A stretch of DNA of 64,000 bases from Octopus vulgaris (taxonomy: Eukaryota): assembly GCA_951406725.2 (NCBI GenBank), contig OX597818.1, forward strand, positions 73,222,001-73,286,000. Reading direction: 5' to 3'. The position numbers and the translations under genes are program-made. A model generated the notes under the pieces. It did no database searches, had not been told where the DNA came from, and saw only the letters and a list, made by a program, of their open reading frames with translations. How positions within the stretch are numbered: position 1 is the stretch's first letter; each line of letters starts with the position of its first letter. This document shows positions 52,645-64,000 of this stretch, piece after piece.

Positions 52645-54213
52645 AAAAAGTGGAAGAGGTAGAGTGAACTGGCTATGAGGAGTGGAATATCCATCGTTTC
52701 AGATTCAATAGTTCGTCAGTGTGGGGGGGGGGGCAGAGAAAAAGAGAAGATAACGAGAAAAAAGTTAAACAGTTTACATCCTCTCAGCTTGAAAAACTGG
52801 CTACAACTGGTAATAGACGCAGTGTAACACAGGCTGCTAACGTGAAACAGAAGTTATAGGAAAGGGCGTGCAGAAAGGGATAGGAAAAGGATGGTGGTGA
52901 GAGTAGAAGTAAGTAAATACGGGTATGTGGCCGAGAGGGGGTGATTAAAAAGTGTACAAAAAGAAATAAGAGGAGATGAAAAGATGACAGGAAAAGCGTT
53001 CATCCATACATGTTGGGGGAATAGTGCCAACATCAAATATGAGACGTTGCTCCTTTCATTTCCTAGAGAAGGGGGGTGTCCGTGTTGCATGGCCTGTCTC
53101 ACACTGATAAATCTGCAATAGAATGATTCAGTGTTGTAGTGGGTGGCAAAAGGTTGGCCTGGCATATGTAGTATTATGCTTCTGATGTGTTCGCGAAAGC
53201 GATCCCCAAGGTATCGCCCTGTTTCTCTAATATAAAGAGCACCGCTGAGTTTGCATATGATGTGAGATTCGCTGAAGTGCAACAGAAGTGGTGTGTTATG
53301 TAATATTGCTTCTTGGTCTCCCTGATGGTGGTAATGTTTTTGATGTAGGGATATGTATTGCATCGTCGGCGAGAACATTAAAAGGTTTCTGGTTGTGCAG
53401 AGCTGGGAGCTGTGAAGCTACTAACAAGGAAATTTCTAAGACTTCTATCTTTTTTAAAAGACAGGAGAGCCGGTGTCGAAAAGATAAGCGTGGTTGTTGG
53501 ATCAGAAAGACGAATGCGAAAGTTGTGGGAGAGTTCGTACTTAAGAGGGAAGATGGACGGGTGATAGGTGAGAGAGAGTAGAATACGGTCGGTGGAAGTG
53601 CGTGAAGATAGTAGGATAGCAGCGGTTCGGTTGATGGCTCCGGCTCGGTGGAGTGCCGGGCCGACAACTGATGTAGGATAGCCTAGATTTAGGAAAAAAC
53701 TTGTCGCTTCGTTTTGTAATTGGATTGCAAATCCGAATTGATGTTGGAAAGTCGTCGAAGACGCAGAAATTGAGAGAAAGGTATGGCAGATTTAATGTGT
53801 TTGGGGTGAGAGGAACAGTAGCGGAATTAGGAACTGCAGTCAGTAGGTTTATAGTAGACTGAGGCAGAGAGTGGGGGTATTATATATTTTGAAGGAGAAG
53901 TCCAGAAAGCAAACAGAAGTATCAGATATGGTGTGGGTAAATTCCAAGGGTGGGTGAAAGGTGTTAACAAATGAAATAAAATCATCCTTTTCCTTCTTTC
54001 TGCACGCCCCTCCTATAACTTCTGTTCCACGTTAGCAGTCCGTGCTATTCTGCGTTCATTATCAGTTGTAGCCAGTTTTTCAAGCTGATAGGATGTAATC
54101 TCTGTTTGACTTTTTTCTCTTTATCGTCTCTTTTTTTCAATGCCCCTTGATGAAAGATTGAAACGTTGGATATTCCACTACTCACGACAGTTTCACTGTA
54201 CCCCCTTCACTTT
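52645..54213 (-). mobile_element. degenerate Penelope-like element with ~200-bp inverted terminal repeats
   Basis: The arms are 52645-52860 and 54012-54213. The minus strand encodes FISFVNTFHPPLEFTHTISDTSVCFLD, SVYYKPTD...SSHPKHIKSAIPFSQFLRLRR and LYIRETGRYLGDRFREHIRSI. There are HHR-like remnants in both arms. Confidence 0.85.
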
Positions 54214-54234
54214 ATACACACACACACACACACG

Positions 54235-54270
<36 letters not shown>

Positions 54271-54751
54271 CACATATATAATGTATCTATACATGCATAT
54301 ATATATATATTGGTATATATATTTATATATATATATACATATATATATATAGGTACATGTATATGTGTGTGAGTGTGTTGTCGCATATGTATATCATGTG
54401 ATCAACTGACTGGCCAGAGTGTTCGATGCTGTCACATAACTGGTCATTGCACGTTTGCATCGTTTTAGACTTAGAATAACGCCATCCTGTTGGCAAGGCG
54501 AGCAATTCAATGTTTCTCGCTCTAATTGAAAAGTGGGCTTGATCAACATGAAGTCAAGAAGTGTTTCGCTCAAAACCACAACGCTCCGCCCGGTCTTGAT
54601 ATCAATCCTACGATCTAGTGAAAGCAGTTGTCATATTGGTTATAGTGTAGCACTCGCTATATATATTCTTGACGTTGAAAGAAAAGAGAAGAATACGTTA
54701 TTTACAATCTTCAAAACAATAGCCCTAAAAAATGCATACATATATATACAT

Positions 54752-54843
<92 letters not shown>

Positions 54844-54864
54844 CTTCATTTGTAAGAGGTTACT

Positions 54865-55165
54865 CTTTAGTTAGTCCCTGTATCTGATCCGTGGTCGACC
54901 AATATTCCTGTGCCCACTATCAAACTGGCCGTACATGAAGACATTCGATATTATTTTGTCGCTCATTCTGACGACATGGCTAGCCCACCGCAATTGTGAT
55001 TGCATAAGGAAGCTCTAGGTTCCACCAATCTGACACTTGTGAAACAGCTCGGCTTTAGAAACTGTCTTTTGGTGAATAACCACAGATTGTCCTCAGACAG
55101 ACTTTGTGAAAGATGTCTATTTGGTTAATGTGTCGTCTATAGGGTATCTACGACTCTGAGCCATA
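54865..55165 (-). mobile_element. RTE (BovB-like) LINE 3' fragment
   Basis: QLRWASHVVRMSD..I...FMYGQ...GHRNIGRPRIRYRD*LK. Confidence 0.75.
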
Positions 55166-55691
55166 CTAGAGTGTAGTAAGAATGACAGCTTTATAGAAAT
55201 GGAGATAGCTCATAACACCTTTGAGCGAACAGCCTTGGAGCGAACAAAATCTAGAATGTTGTGGTAAAATGATATTAGAATCTTTATGTATGTGTGTGTG
55301 TGTGTGTGTGTATGAACTAAGCATATGTGTGATATTTAACGGACTTACCAAACGATATATCGGTAGATACTACATAGTAGTACCATTATTTCCTGCTTCG
55401 TTAATTTTGTCAAAATGCTACACTGCTACAGTGACCACAATTGGAAATAATTCAGTTTTATCATGTTTTAAACGCAGAGAATACGTCTGTGAAAATTGTT
55501 TCTACAGAAAAAAATCTACTAAAAACAAATATACATACAAAAATACAGTTTCTTCTAACTTTATGGAATACGATTATTGAGGTCTACATTCGTATATTTC
55601 ATAACAAGTATACATCCATATACTCATACATATTACGACAGAAGAATAAAATAAAATATACACACACACACATATATATGTATTTGTTATT

Positions 55692-56105
55692 CTTTTATTC
55701 TTTTACTTGTTTCAATCATTTGACTGCAGCCATACTGCAGCACTGCCTTGAAGGGTTCTAGTGGAACAAATCGACTCCAGGGTCTATTCTTTAATTTTAA
55801 TTACTATACTATCGGTCTATTTTCTGAAACGCTAGATTACGGTGTCATAAAAACAACAACACGATTTCTCAAGAGATGATGGGGGGACAAACACAGACGC
55901 AATGACACACAAACATATACACATATGACACACAAACATATACACTACGGCCTTCTTTCGGTTTCCGTCGTCGAAATCCACTCACAAGGCTTTGGTCAGT
56001 CCAAGATTATAGCAGATGACATTTGCCCTAGGTTTCACGCAGGGGGATTGAACCCGGAAACATGTGGTTTTGAAGCACGCTTCTTACCGCACAGCCACCC
56101 CTGCA
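55692..56105 (-). mobile_element. diverged family-1 SINE
   Basis: cttgtttcaatcatttgactgcagccat...atccactcacaaggctttggtc...gaacccggaaacatgtgg...cttaccgcacagccac. Confidence 0.75.
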
Positions 56106-56129
56106 TACACGCAAATACATATATATTTC

Positions 56130-56162
<33 letters not shown>

Positions 56163-56316
56163 TGTGTGTGTGCGTATGTGTGCGAGTGCGTGTGTATGTG
56201 TGTAAATATATATAGACATAAATATATATATATGCATGCATGCATATTTAGAAGTATACACACACAGATAGATAGATAGACAGGTAGATAAATACATAGA
56301 TAGACAGACAGACAGT

Positions 56317-56391
<75 letters not shown>

Positions 56392-57560
56392 TTAGATAGA
56401 TAGATGTACATATGTATATAATTATGCAATTTATTTTAGCAGTGGAACATTGGCATGCATGGGAATTTCGGATAATTCCTTTTTTGGCCGAATGCAAAAC
56501 TTGCACAGCAAATGCACATTAGACATTTCTCTATTATCTATACTATTAAGATCAAATTTTATCGGATGCTAGCGGCTTAGATATGGCTTTATATAGCAAA
56601 TACAGAGTTTTCGTCGGTATTTCTTTGCTAATCTTTTGTATTTCTGAATCATTTCCTATGCTTCGTTGTAAATTATTCTCTATTATAAATTGCTTCATAA
56701 TATACACGTCTCTTTCGTGGAATATGAATGAGATTTGCAAGTTGAAGAATATAAACAATTCTCTACATAACACTTTGTTTAGCAGTTCAGTTTCTAATAT
56801 AGGAATCGTTATATAACAACGAAATATTGGATTGTTTGACAAAACATATATCAATGAATCTAAAGCTACGGAGAGTTGTTTTCACTAGGCTCGAGCTGTT
56901 ATCAATTGCAGCTTTAATTCACAAACTAACGTCTTAAAATACTAATTCCTTTCGAAAATGAAGTGTTGAACATGTATACTAAGACTGAATATTGAAGTCT
57001 GGTTCATCGTTAACCATAGATGTCTTTGATAAAATCTGACCAGGAAGTAGACAAAACTAACAAACCCAGCAAATATATACGACATTGGACATGCTAATTA
57101 TCCACAAACAGACCTCGGTTCTATTTTTGTAAATTAAGTAAAGGAATCATATATGATAGCGGATCTTAAAACCAGCGTGAAAACTATTTTCCTCTTTGTA
57201 GCCAACAGAAAACGGAAAAAATAAAAACACAAACACAAAAGAAAAATAAATAAAAACGTTCAGAATCTCTTTGATCAGAAACTACAAATGTTGAACACTT
57301 TAGTTATGAAGGAATATTTTCTATTAATCGCACATCTAACACCTAATATTATTGTGTTGTTTCCGATTGAGAGAATCATTAGAATGCAGAGACATCCCTT
57401 GTATTATTCGTTCCTGAATAGTAAGCCGCAAATCATATCGAGGTTAATTTGACTTTCATCCTTTCCGGGGTTCATACTATGAAATATTTCTCAAGTAATG
57501 AAGTCGATGTAATCAAATGCCCCATCACTCTCTCCTTTGCTCGCTCTACCTTTCTCTCTT

Positions 57561-57614
<54 letters not shown>

Positions 57615-59194
57615 TCTCTCTCTGAAATATCCTGGCACTGCACTTAGCCATTATTGGCCGGTAGGTTGACAGATGCGCTAGGTCATCGGACAAAATACGT
57701 TACTGAATTTAGTTACGCCACACACTATCCAAATACAAATTTGAAGTACATGGTCGACTTGGACTTGTAATGTTCGGGATCGATATACTGAAGTGCCATA
57801 CTAGTACTGAAATCTATGAAATGAATTAAACCTCTCATAACTAACCCAAAATATTTGAACTACTACACAAACAAATTGCGATGGAATAACATAGTCCCGG
57901 AAGCGTCAGATAAGATATTTTCCGTTATTTCTTCTGTTTCATTACAATTTTGAGTTCGAATTCAACTGCGGTCTACTTTCATTCTCATCCCACCAATAAT
58001 ATTGGTTACTAGTGAAGTACTGGAATGTACTATATACGGCTAAAGCTATTATAATCTAGACTCTTCTCTGCCTGCTCATCCTTATCCCCATAATCACTAG
58101 AGCCATCTCCTCATATCTTTCCACATATGCGGCCTGTATACATATTCTCAAGTCTTAGAATCAAAAGTGGAACGCTCATCCACTGGTTTGTGTACTAAAC
58201 CAAAGAGATCCACCCATTGTATTAATGCTTAATCTCTCCAGATAGCGTATTACATAATTTTCAAGGCAGATGTATATTGCATAGGAATTTTATAGATCAG
58301 CAATTTATTTCTGTGTAAAACATGCATCTTTGCCCGACTACCAGAGAATGTAACCATAACTCAGTGTAAAAACGCGATGTCAACTCCTGTTTCAAAGTTT
58401 CTGTTATAGTATCACCAAATAAGTGGGTAATCTTATACTTCGTAAATTTCAGTACTTATGTAGTATTTTCTACAAAACTTGATGTCTTCATTCATTTGCA
58501 ACAAAACCTTGTCTGATGTATATTGCAAGAAAGATATTCAGTCAATTCACCAGATGTATTTTTTACTACTTATCCTAACACTGCAGCACTTCATGTGACT
58601 CTTAGCGTGAAAACAAGTCTTGCAGGAATTTCTTCTTCACCTTTCGTCTTCAATTTATTGAAACGTTCACAAATGATAGCTTCACCTAACTAAAAGATTA
58701 TTTCTAGTCTTGTACCGAAATCTTAAAGTCTGCTCTATTTCGTTATACTAATTAACCACGAGAAACATTTTCTTGCGTCCCAATTGCTCTGGAAATTTGT
58801 GACATTCAACTATTTTCTATTTATATCCATACAGAAACAAACGCACACACACACTTACAAGCACACATTTACGTTCATATATACGTAACTATATTTGTAA
58901 ACTCGATCTATGACCAAATACATGCACATACACATACCAGTAACAAAAGACTTTAGGAAAATACTCGTGATCACATATAACTACGTGCACAGCATAATCT
59001 CTAACGATTAGATGTGCACTAACACTATATGCCTAAAAATTCATCCTCTTCTTTCCACAACTGTTCACGATTATCTCAGTAAAACAATTTAAGCCACACT
59101 GTACCAGTTTTATGTCACAAGTAATAAGAATGGGTGGCAACATGGTAGCACCAAGGGGAAAATACCACCACAAAAGCATAGGGTTGAAAGTGAT

Positions 59195-59379
59195 ATTGGT
59201 TTCAAATTTTGGCAGAAGGCCAGTAATTTCGAACCCCAGTGCTCAGCTGGTATTTTATTTTATTTCAAGATGAAGGGCAAAGTCGATCTCGTCGAAATTG
59301 GAACCCAGAACGTAAAGGCGGCCAAAATGCAGCTAAGTATTTTGCGTGGCGCTGTAACGCTTCTACCAGCTCGTCGCCC
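59195..59379 (-). mobile_element. old tRNA SINE with a Meta-domain-like core
   Basis: The minus strand reads ggcgacgagctggtaga...gttctgggttccaatt...tcgactttgcccttcatc...ataaaataccagctgagcactgggg. Related fragments lie near 57440 and 57950. Confidence 0.55.
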
Positions 59380-60723
59380 AACGAATGAAAATATGTTTAA
59401 AGTCTAGTTATATCGAGTAAAATGTTTATTGATACTGGCGTTATTAATCTAGACTTTTGATGGATGACAGGAAAGTGTTTATTACACAATACATATATAA
59501 GACAAAGACAAAGGAAGCATGATGGCAGTTAATTTTGTAAAAGTATCCTAAATGATGGCCACGGAATTATTATGGGCACAAAGTGCTTCAAAAGAAAAAT
59601 ACCAACTTGCGATTTTCTTCAATGAAATTACATTATCTCAGTAAACAAAAGTACTGAAACAACTTCTTAGTATTTCAATGTTAATCTATACAACAAACAA
59701 ATCCACTAGATAGAGCGGCCTAAGTAACTTCAAACCGCACCCTAACATCTTAAAATAGGAAACAATGAATGCTGATCTAAACGCTTGTAGCCTACTCACG
59801 GTTGGGATGATTTCAAGGCAGCCGTCCAATGAGGTTGAACTGGACTACTATAACAGCACCGGCAGTGAACAGTGAAAGCTATCTCATTACAACTAGGTGG
59901 ATTTAGTGGTTAAGGGATGTGTATATTGGTAATAATTCCCAGGACAGCATGTCAGTATTCAAAATTTCGGTTATTTCATCCCGAAGTTATATTCCATCAT
60001 AATGTCATTAGTGGTGATGCTATATTTCAAATGAAATATTGAAAACTAGACACCTACATATCTTACCAACAACGTTACATTTAATAGAAACATTATGCTG
60101 ACGCGCAACACTCGACATTGCGTACTGAATTCAAATTTACTGGGGTTTACACACAGAAAGTTCGAAACTATTTTAAATGTGATAGATTAGTTTTACTTCA
60201 CAAACATGTTTTCTTCATAAATGAAAGAAAATACCTCATGATGTAATCAACATGGGAAAAATGAGATATTCCCTAAATAAGCAAAGCGACACCGATATAG
60301 TGACGTTGATTCGTTTTAAAGTAATATTGACCACTTTCACAAACACAAGTGATATTAAATAAATTTTGAAAAGTCTCCAAATTTCAATTTTCAGGTTTGA
60401 ACAAGTCTAGGCGTAATTACAATTAACTGGTTAATCATCAGGGGGCGTGTATTTGAAAAGAATAATTTTTACAGTAATTTTTTAAAAACATTATATATAC
60501 CTCAATTAAGTTCATGTGCAATTAAGCAATGAATTATTCATATTATTCTGACGCCTGTCTTAAATGAAGTCTACGACTATTTTGAAAGTCTCTAACGCGA
60601 CAGAGTTCTCGTAATATATACGTACATACATATGTTTTGTGTGTGTGTGTGCGTGCGCGTGCGTGTATGTGTGTGTGTGTGTTTCTGTGTGCATGTGTGT
60701 ACTGTGCAATATATACAGACATA

Positions 60724-60777
<54 letters not shown>

Positions 60778-61479
60778 TATATATACATGCGTTCATATAT
60801 TCGTGTATGTATGTATATGTCTAATACAACGCTTGAAATTGGAAAACATTGAGGAGATTGGAAGTGTATGTTGCAATTGGTCGTGATTTTATCAGAATAA
60901 TTTTACGATGGCCGCTTAAAATTAATTTCGAAAACATATGAAATATATAAAATATATAAAAATTTGGAAAGTTCAAATATAATTGTTTCACTAATAATTA
61001 ATTAGTGATGATAATTAGAAACTAAGTGAACGTAATTACTAGTGGTATGTGTTCCTGATAGTGCCACAGTATATACAGTGATATACTTATTGACGACAAA
61101 ATAAAAATAGGAAATACAAGGGATGGAAAGGTAAATTTGATTATGATTATTAAGAATAAAGAAATGTATTTTTATTGTCAGAATTTTGCTTCCTTACACT
61201 CTTCTCCCTCCTCCTACACCCACTCTCTTTTTCTTTCTTCCTTTTTCCTCTTCGTTGCTCATTCACTCATTCACTCTCCCTCTCTCTGTGTCTCATATAT
61301 GTCTTATCTTTGCCCAATCTCTCTAATATATCAATATCTCACTGGCTCAGCCGTCTTGTGAAAAAGTTCTGGAAGCGACATGTATAATGAAGTAAATTTG
61401 TAATACAACACTCACCAAGACACATACATAAAATATTCGAATATATATTCATACATGTATGCACACCCATTTATATTTA

Positions 61480-61529
<50 letters not shown>

Positions 61530-61702
61530 CACCTACATACACACACATGCATAACATGTGTGCGTTTTGGTGTAAAATGCAAACGTATGAAGTGCAAATG
61601 CATTGGGACATGTACATTCAGAAATTACAATCTGCTAAAAGTTGTCATTAAAATGCATACCTCCATACGCCTTCACACACACACACACACATAAATACAT
61701 AC

Positions 61703-61765
<63 letters not shown>

Positions 61766-62989
61766 CGTGTGTTTGGCCATTTATGCTTTTGCATGTTCAT
61801 ATGTGAGTGCATGTGCGTACGTATGTGTGCGCGTGCGTTTTGGGTGAGTGCATTTATGTGTATGTATGCGCTATGTTCAGAGTCAAATCTAACGCGTGCG
61901 TTAAATATTCTTATCAAAAGTGTTTAAAGTAAATGTATATTTAAAATAATGACTCCAATTTGAAACATATTGTAATTAGCATAATTTTAATTAGCTCTTC
62001 AAAAAATGTAATTAGTGTAATTATATCCTATTTAGGAAATTTACAGAGTCTGTACATCTATTATTACATCATTTAGTTTATGCGAAATATCGGTGTTCTT
62101 ATTATCTTTAAAGTTTCTTAAAGGGTGTTGTTTTGAAGACAAGAGAAAATAACATTCCTTTGGTTAATTTTCTCTATTTTTCTATATCATCACAGTTTCG
62201 TCGGAATATTTTCTTTTGGGATTATTATTAAGATGAATTATTTTGTCCAATAAAATGGGAATCATTATATCCTGTAATAAAGAATATTTGCATCAAGGTT
62301 CAACACAAACCGTAACAAGTGCTAACCTTAAGTGCGAATGCTTGCCTCGAATATCTGAAATCTTTAGTCAGCTTCGGAAGAGCAGCAGCTCACAGGGGTC
62401 TTGACATATTCACATCGATGAAGGCAAGACCTGCTTCCAGGAGAGTGTTTCGCTAGTAACTCTGAAAACCTAGTTGCCCTTACAAATATGTAAGTTAAAA
62501 AGATATGTGTGCATAAAATCTTCATGGTCATATTAAATATCTTTTGAAAATGTTATATATCCATTCACCACTCAGAAGGGAGTACTTAAACCAAACTCAT
62601 ACAAATTATGCATTTGTTCTGTAATATGTCCTCACGGAACTTAATGTCTTCGTCTGAGCTCAATTCAGTTCAGGGTTAAAATAAAAATATATATTAAATA
62701 TAAACTAGGAATAGATAGTGTTATCCCTTACATTAATTCTTCAAAGTTGTGCAGCGAAGACAATACTATCATTGTAGAATATATATTTGTTTACTCTGCG
62801 TGAAAAATGAATACAACGGAGTGAACTGGAATAAAATCATCAAACATGTCTATGAAATATGCACAGGTAAAAGAAGTGTAAACTATAAACGTTTGTAGAA
62901 AAGTAGAGACAAGAACCAACACTAATCCGAAAACTTCACAAGAAACACAATCTTACCTCTGGAATAAAGAGCATAACAATTAAAATTTA

Positions 62990-63939
62990 CCAGGTTGAGT
63001 AAAAAGTAAGCAACATTTTGAACCATGAAGAGTTTGTACCGGATTTTTGCAGAGTTTTGAATTTTTTCTAAACACTTTTTTAATAAATGTCTGATAATGC
63101 AGACATAGACTTACCCAAATTCATCAATAAATTAACATTGATTTTTTTTTTCGCCGTTGTTACAATCATCTGAAACAGAACTGTGGAAGCACAATATTTG
63201 TGCAATTTTGCTATTCAATTTCAAAAAAGGACGTAAAGCGGCTGAAACTGCTCGAAAATAGTTTAAACGATTTCGCCGTGGAGTCCTGAGGCTTGATGAT
63301 CGTGAGCATACTGCACACCCATTTGTCATCGATGACGGTCAATTAAAAACCGTCATTGAGACAAATCCATGTAAAACCACTCGAGAACTGGCGAAAGAAC
63401 TTCAAGTTAGCCAGAGAACTGCTTGCAACCATTTGCATGCGATCGGAAAATCAAAAACGCTCAATAATTGGTTATCATAGGATTTTTTAAAAAATCAGAA
63501 AATGCACAGATATGAAATTTTCTCCACACTTCTTCTCTGTAACCAGACCAATCCATTTCTCGACCATTCTTCATTCTTCATGAAAATGATCTACCTCACG
63601 TTTCGCTAATGACCCTCGAGAAGTTGAGGGAACATGGTTACGAAGTTCTGCCCCAACCGGATTATTCTCCATGCCTTTCTCCTACCGACTATCACTTTTT
63701 AAAGCACCTTGATGGTTTCCTGCGAGAGAAATCAAACATGCTGAAAGTGCATTCAAAGATTTCATCAGCTGCAGGACTAGAGATTTTTATGTTACTGGAA
63801 TAAACAAATGTGTAACTCGTTGGCAAAAATGTGTTGATAGTAATAATACTTAATTTAATGAATAAAAGTTCCGCGTTGTTGAAATATATTGTGATGAATT
63901 TCCTGTTTCAAAACGTTGCATACATTTTACTGAGCCTGA
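62990..63939 (+). mobile_element. internally deleted mariner element
   Basis: TIRs caggttgagtaaaaagtaagcaacattttgaa / ttcaaaacgttgcatacattttactgagcctg are flanked by TA. Translations include ILLFNFKKGRKAAETAR, NPCKTTRELAKEL and GYEVLPQPDYSPCLSPTDYHF. Confidence 0.9.
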
Positions 63940-64000
63940 TACTGCCACTGTAGAAAGGAAATGCAATTCGGAACAGGAAAGAGAACCAACTAAGACGAGC

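Noticed and set aside
62360-62495. GC-richer island ending in gtaagt (possible exon)
   Set aside because: All frames on both strands hit stops. It could be UTR, but nothing supports that.

Overview
AT-rich, microsatellite-dense animal genomic DNA with no recognisable intact host gene. It is probably intronic or intergenic. The tRNA-derived SINE families and repeat landscape look like an octopus/coleoid cephalopod, which is an inference from recall and not a search. The window is mostly transposon debris: six Tc1/mariner remnants, CR1-like, RTE and R4/Dong-type LINE fragments, several SINEs and two non-autonomous Helitrons. The dominant feature is a dense set of Penelope-like (PLE) insertions that form inverted-repeat (foldback) structures and carry minimal hammerhead-ribozyme (HHR) motifs with palindromic stem III. 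The best-preserved is a young RT+GIY-YIG PLE with 1.3-kb near-identical inverted arms (38.7-42.1 kb), nested inside an older inverted PLE (37.6-42.7 kb). Four observations stand out. (i) An element bounded by HHR-containing inverted repeats carries a gag/ORF1-like zinc-knuckle ORF instead of RT/GIY-YIG (18.0-20.5 kb). (ii) Different families have HHR cores with compensatory 3-8 base pairs (C3G8, U3A8, G3C8). (iii) A CR1-like LINE and a SINE share a 3' tail with a covarying stem-loop. (iv) One SINE is chimeric. Most long ORFs in the supplied track are microsatellite artefacts. All alignments and RNA folds were done by eye, so boundaries are approximate.
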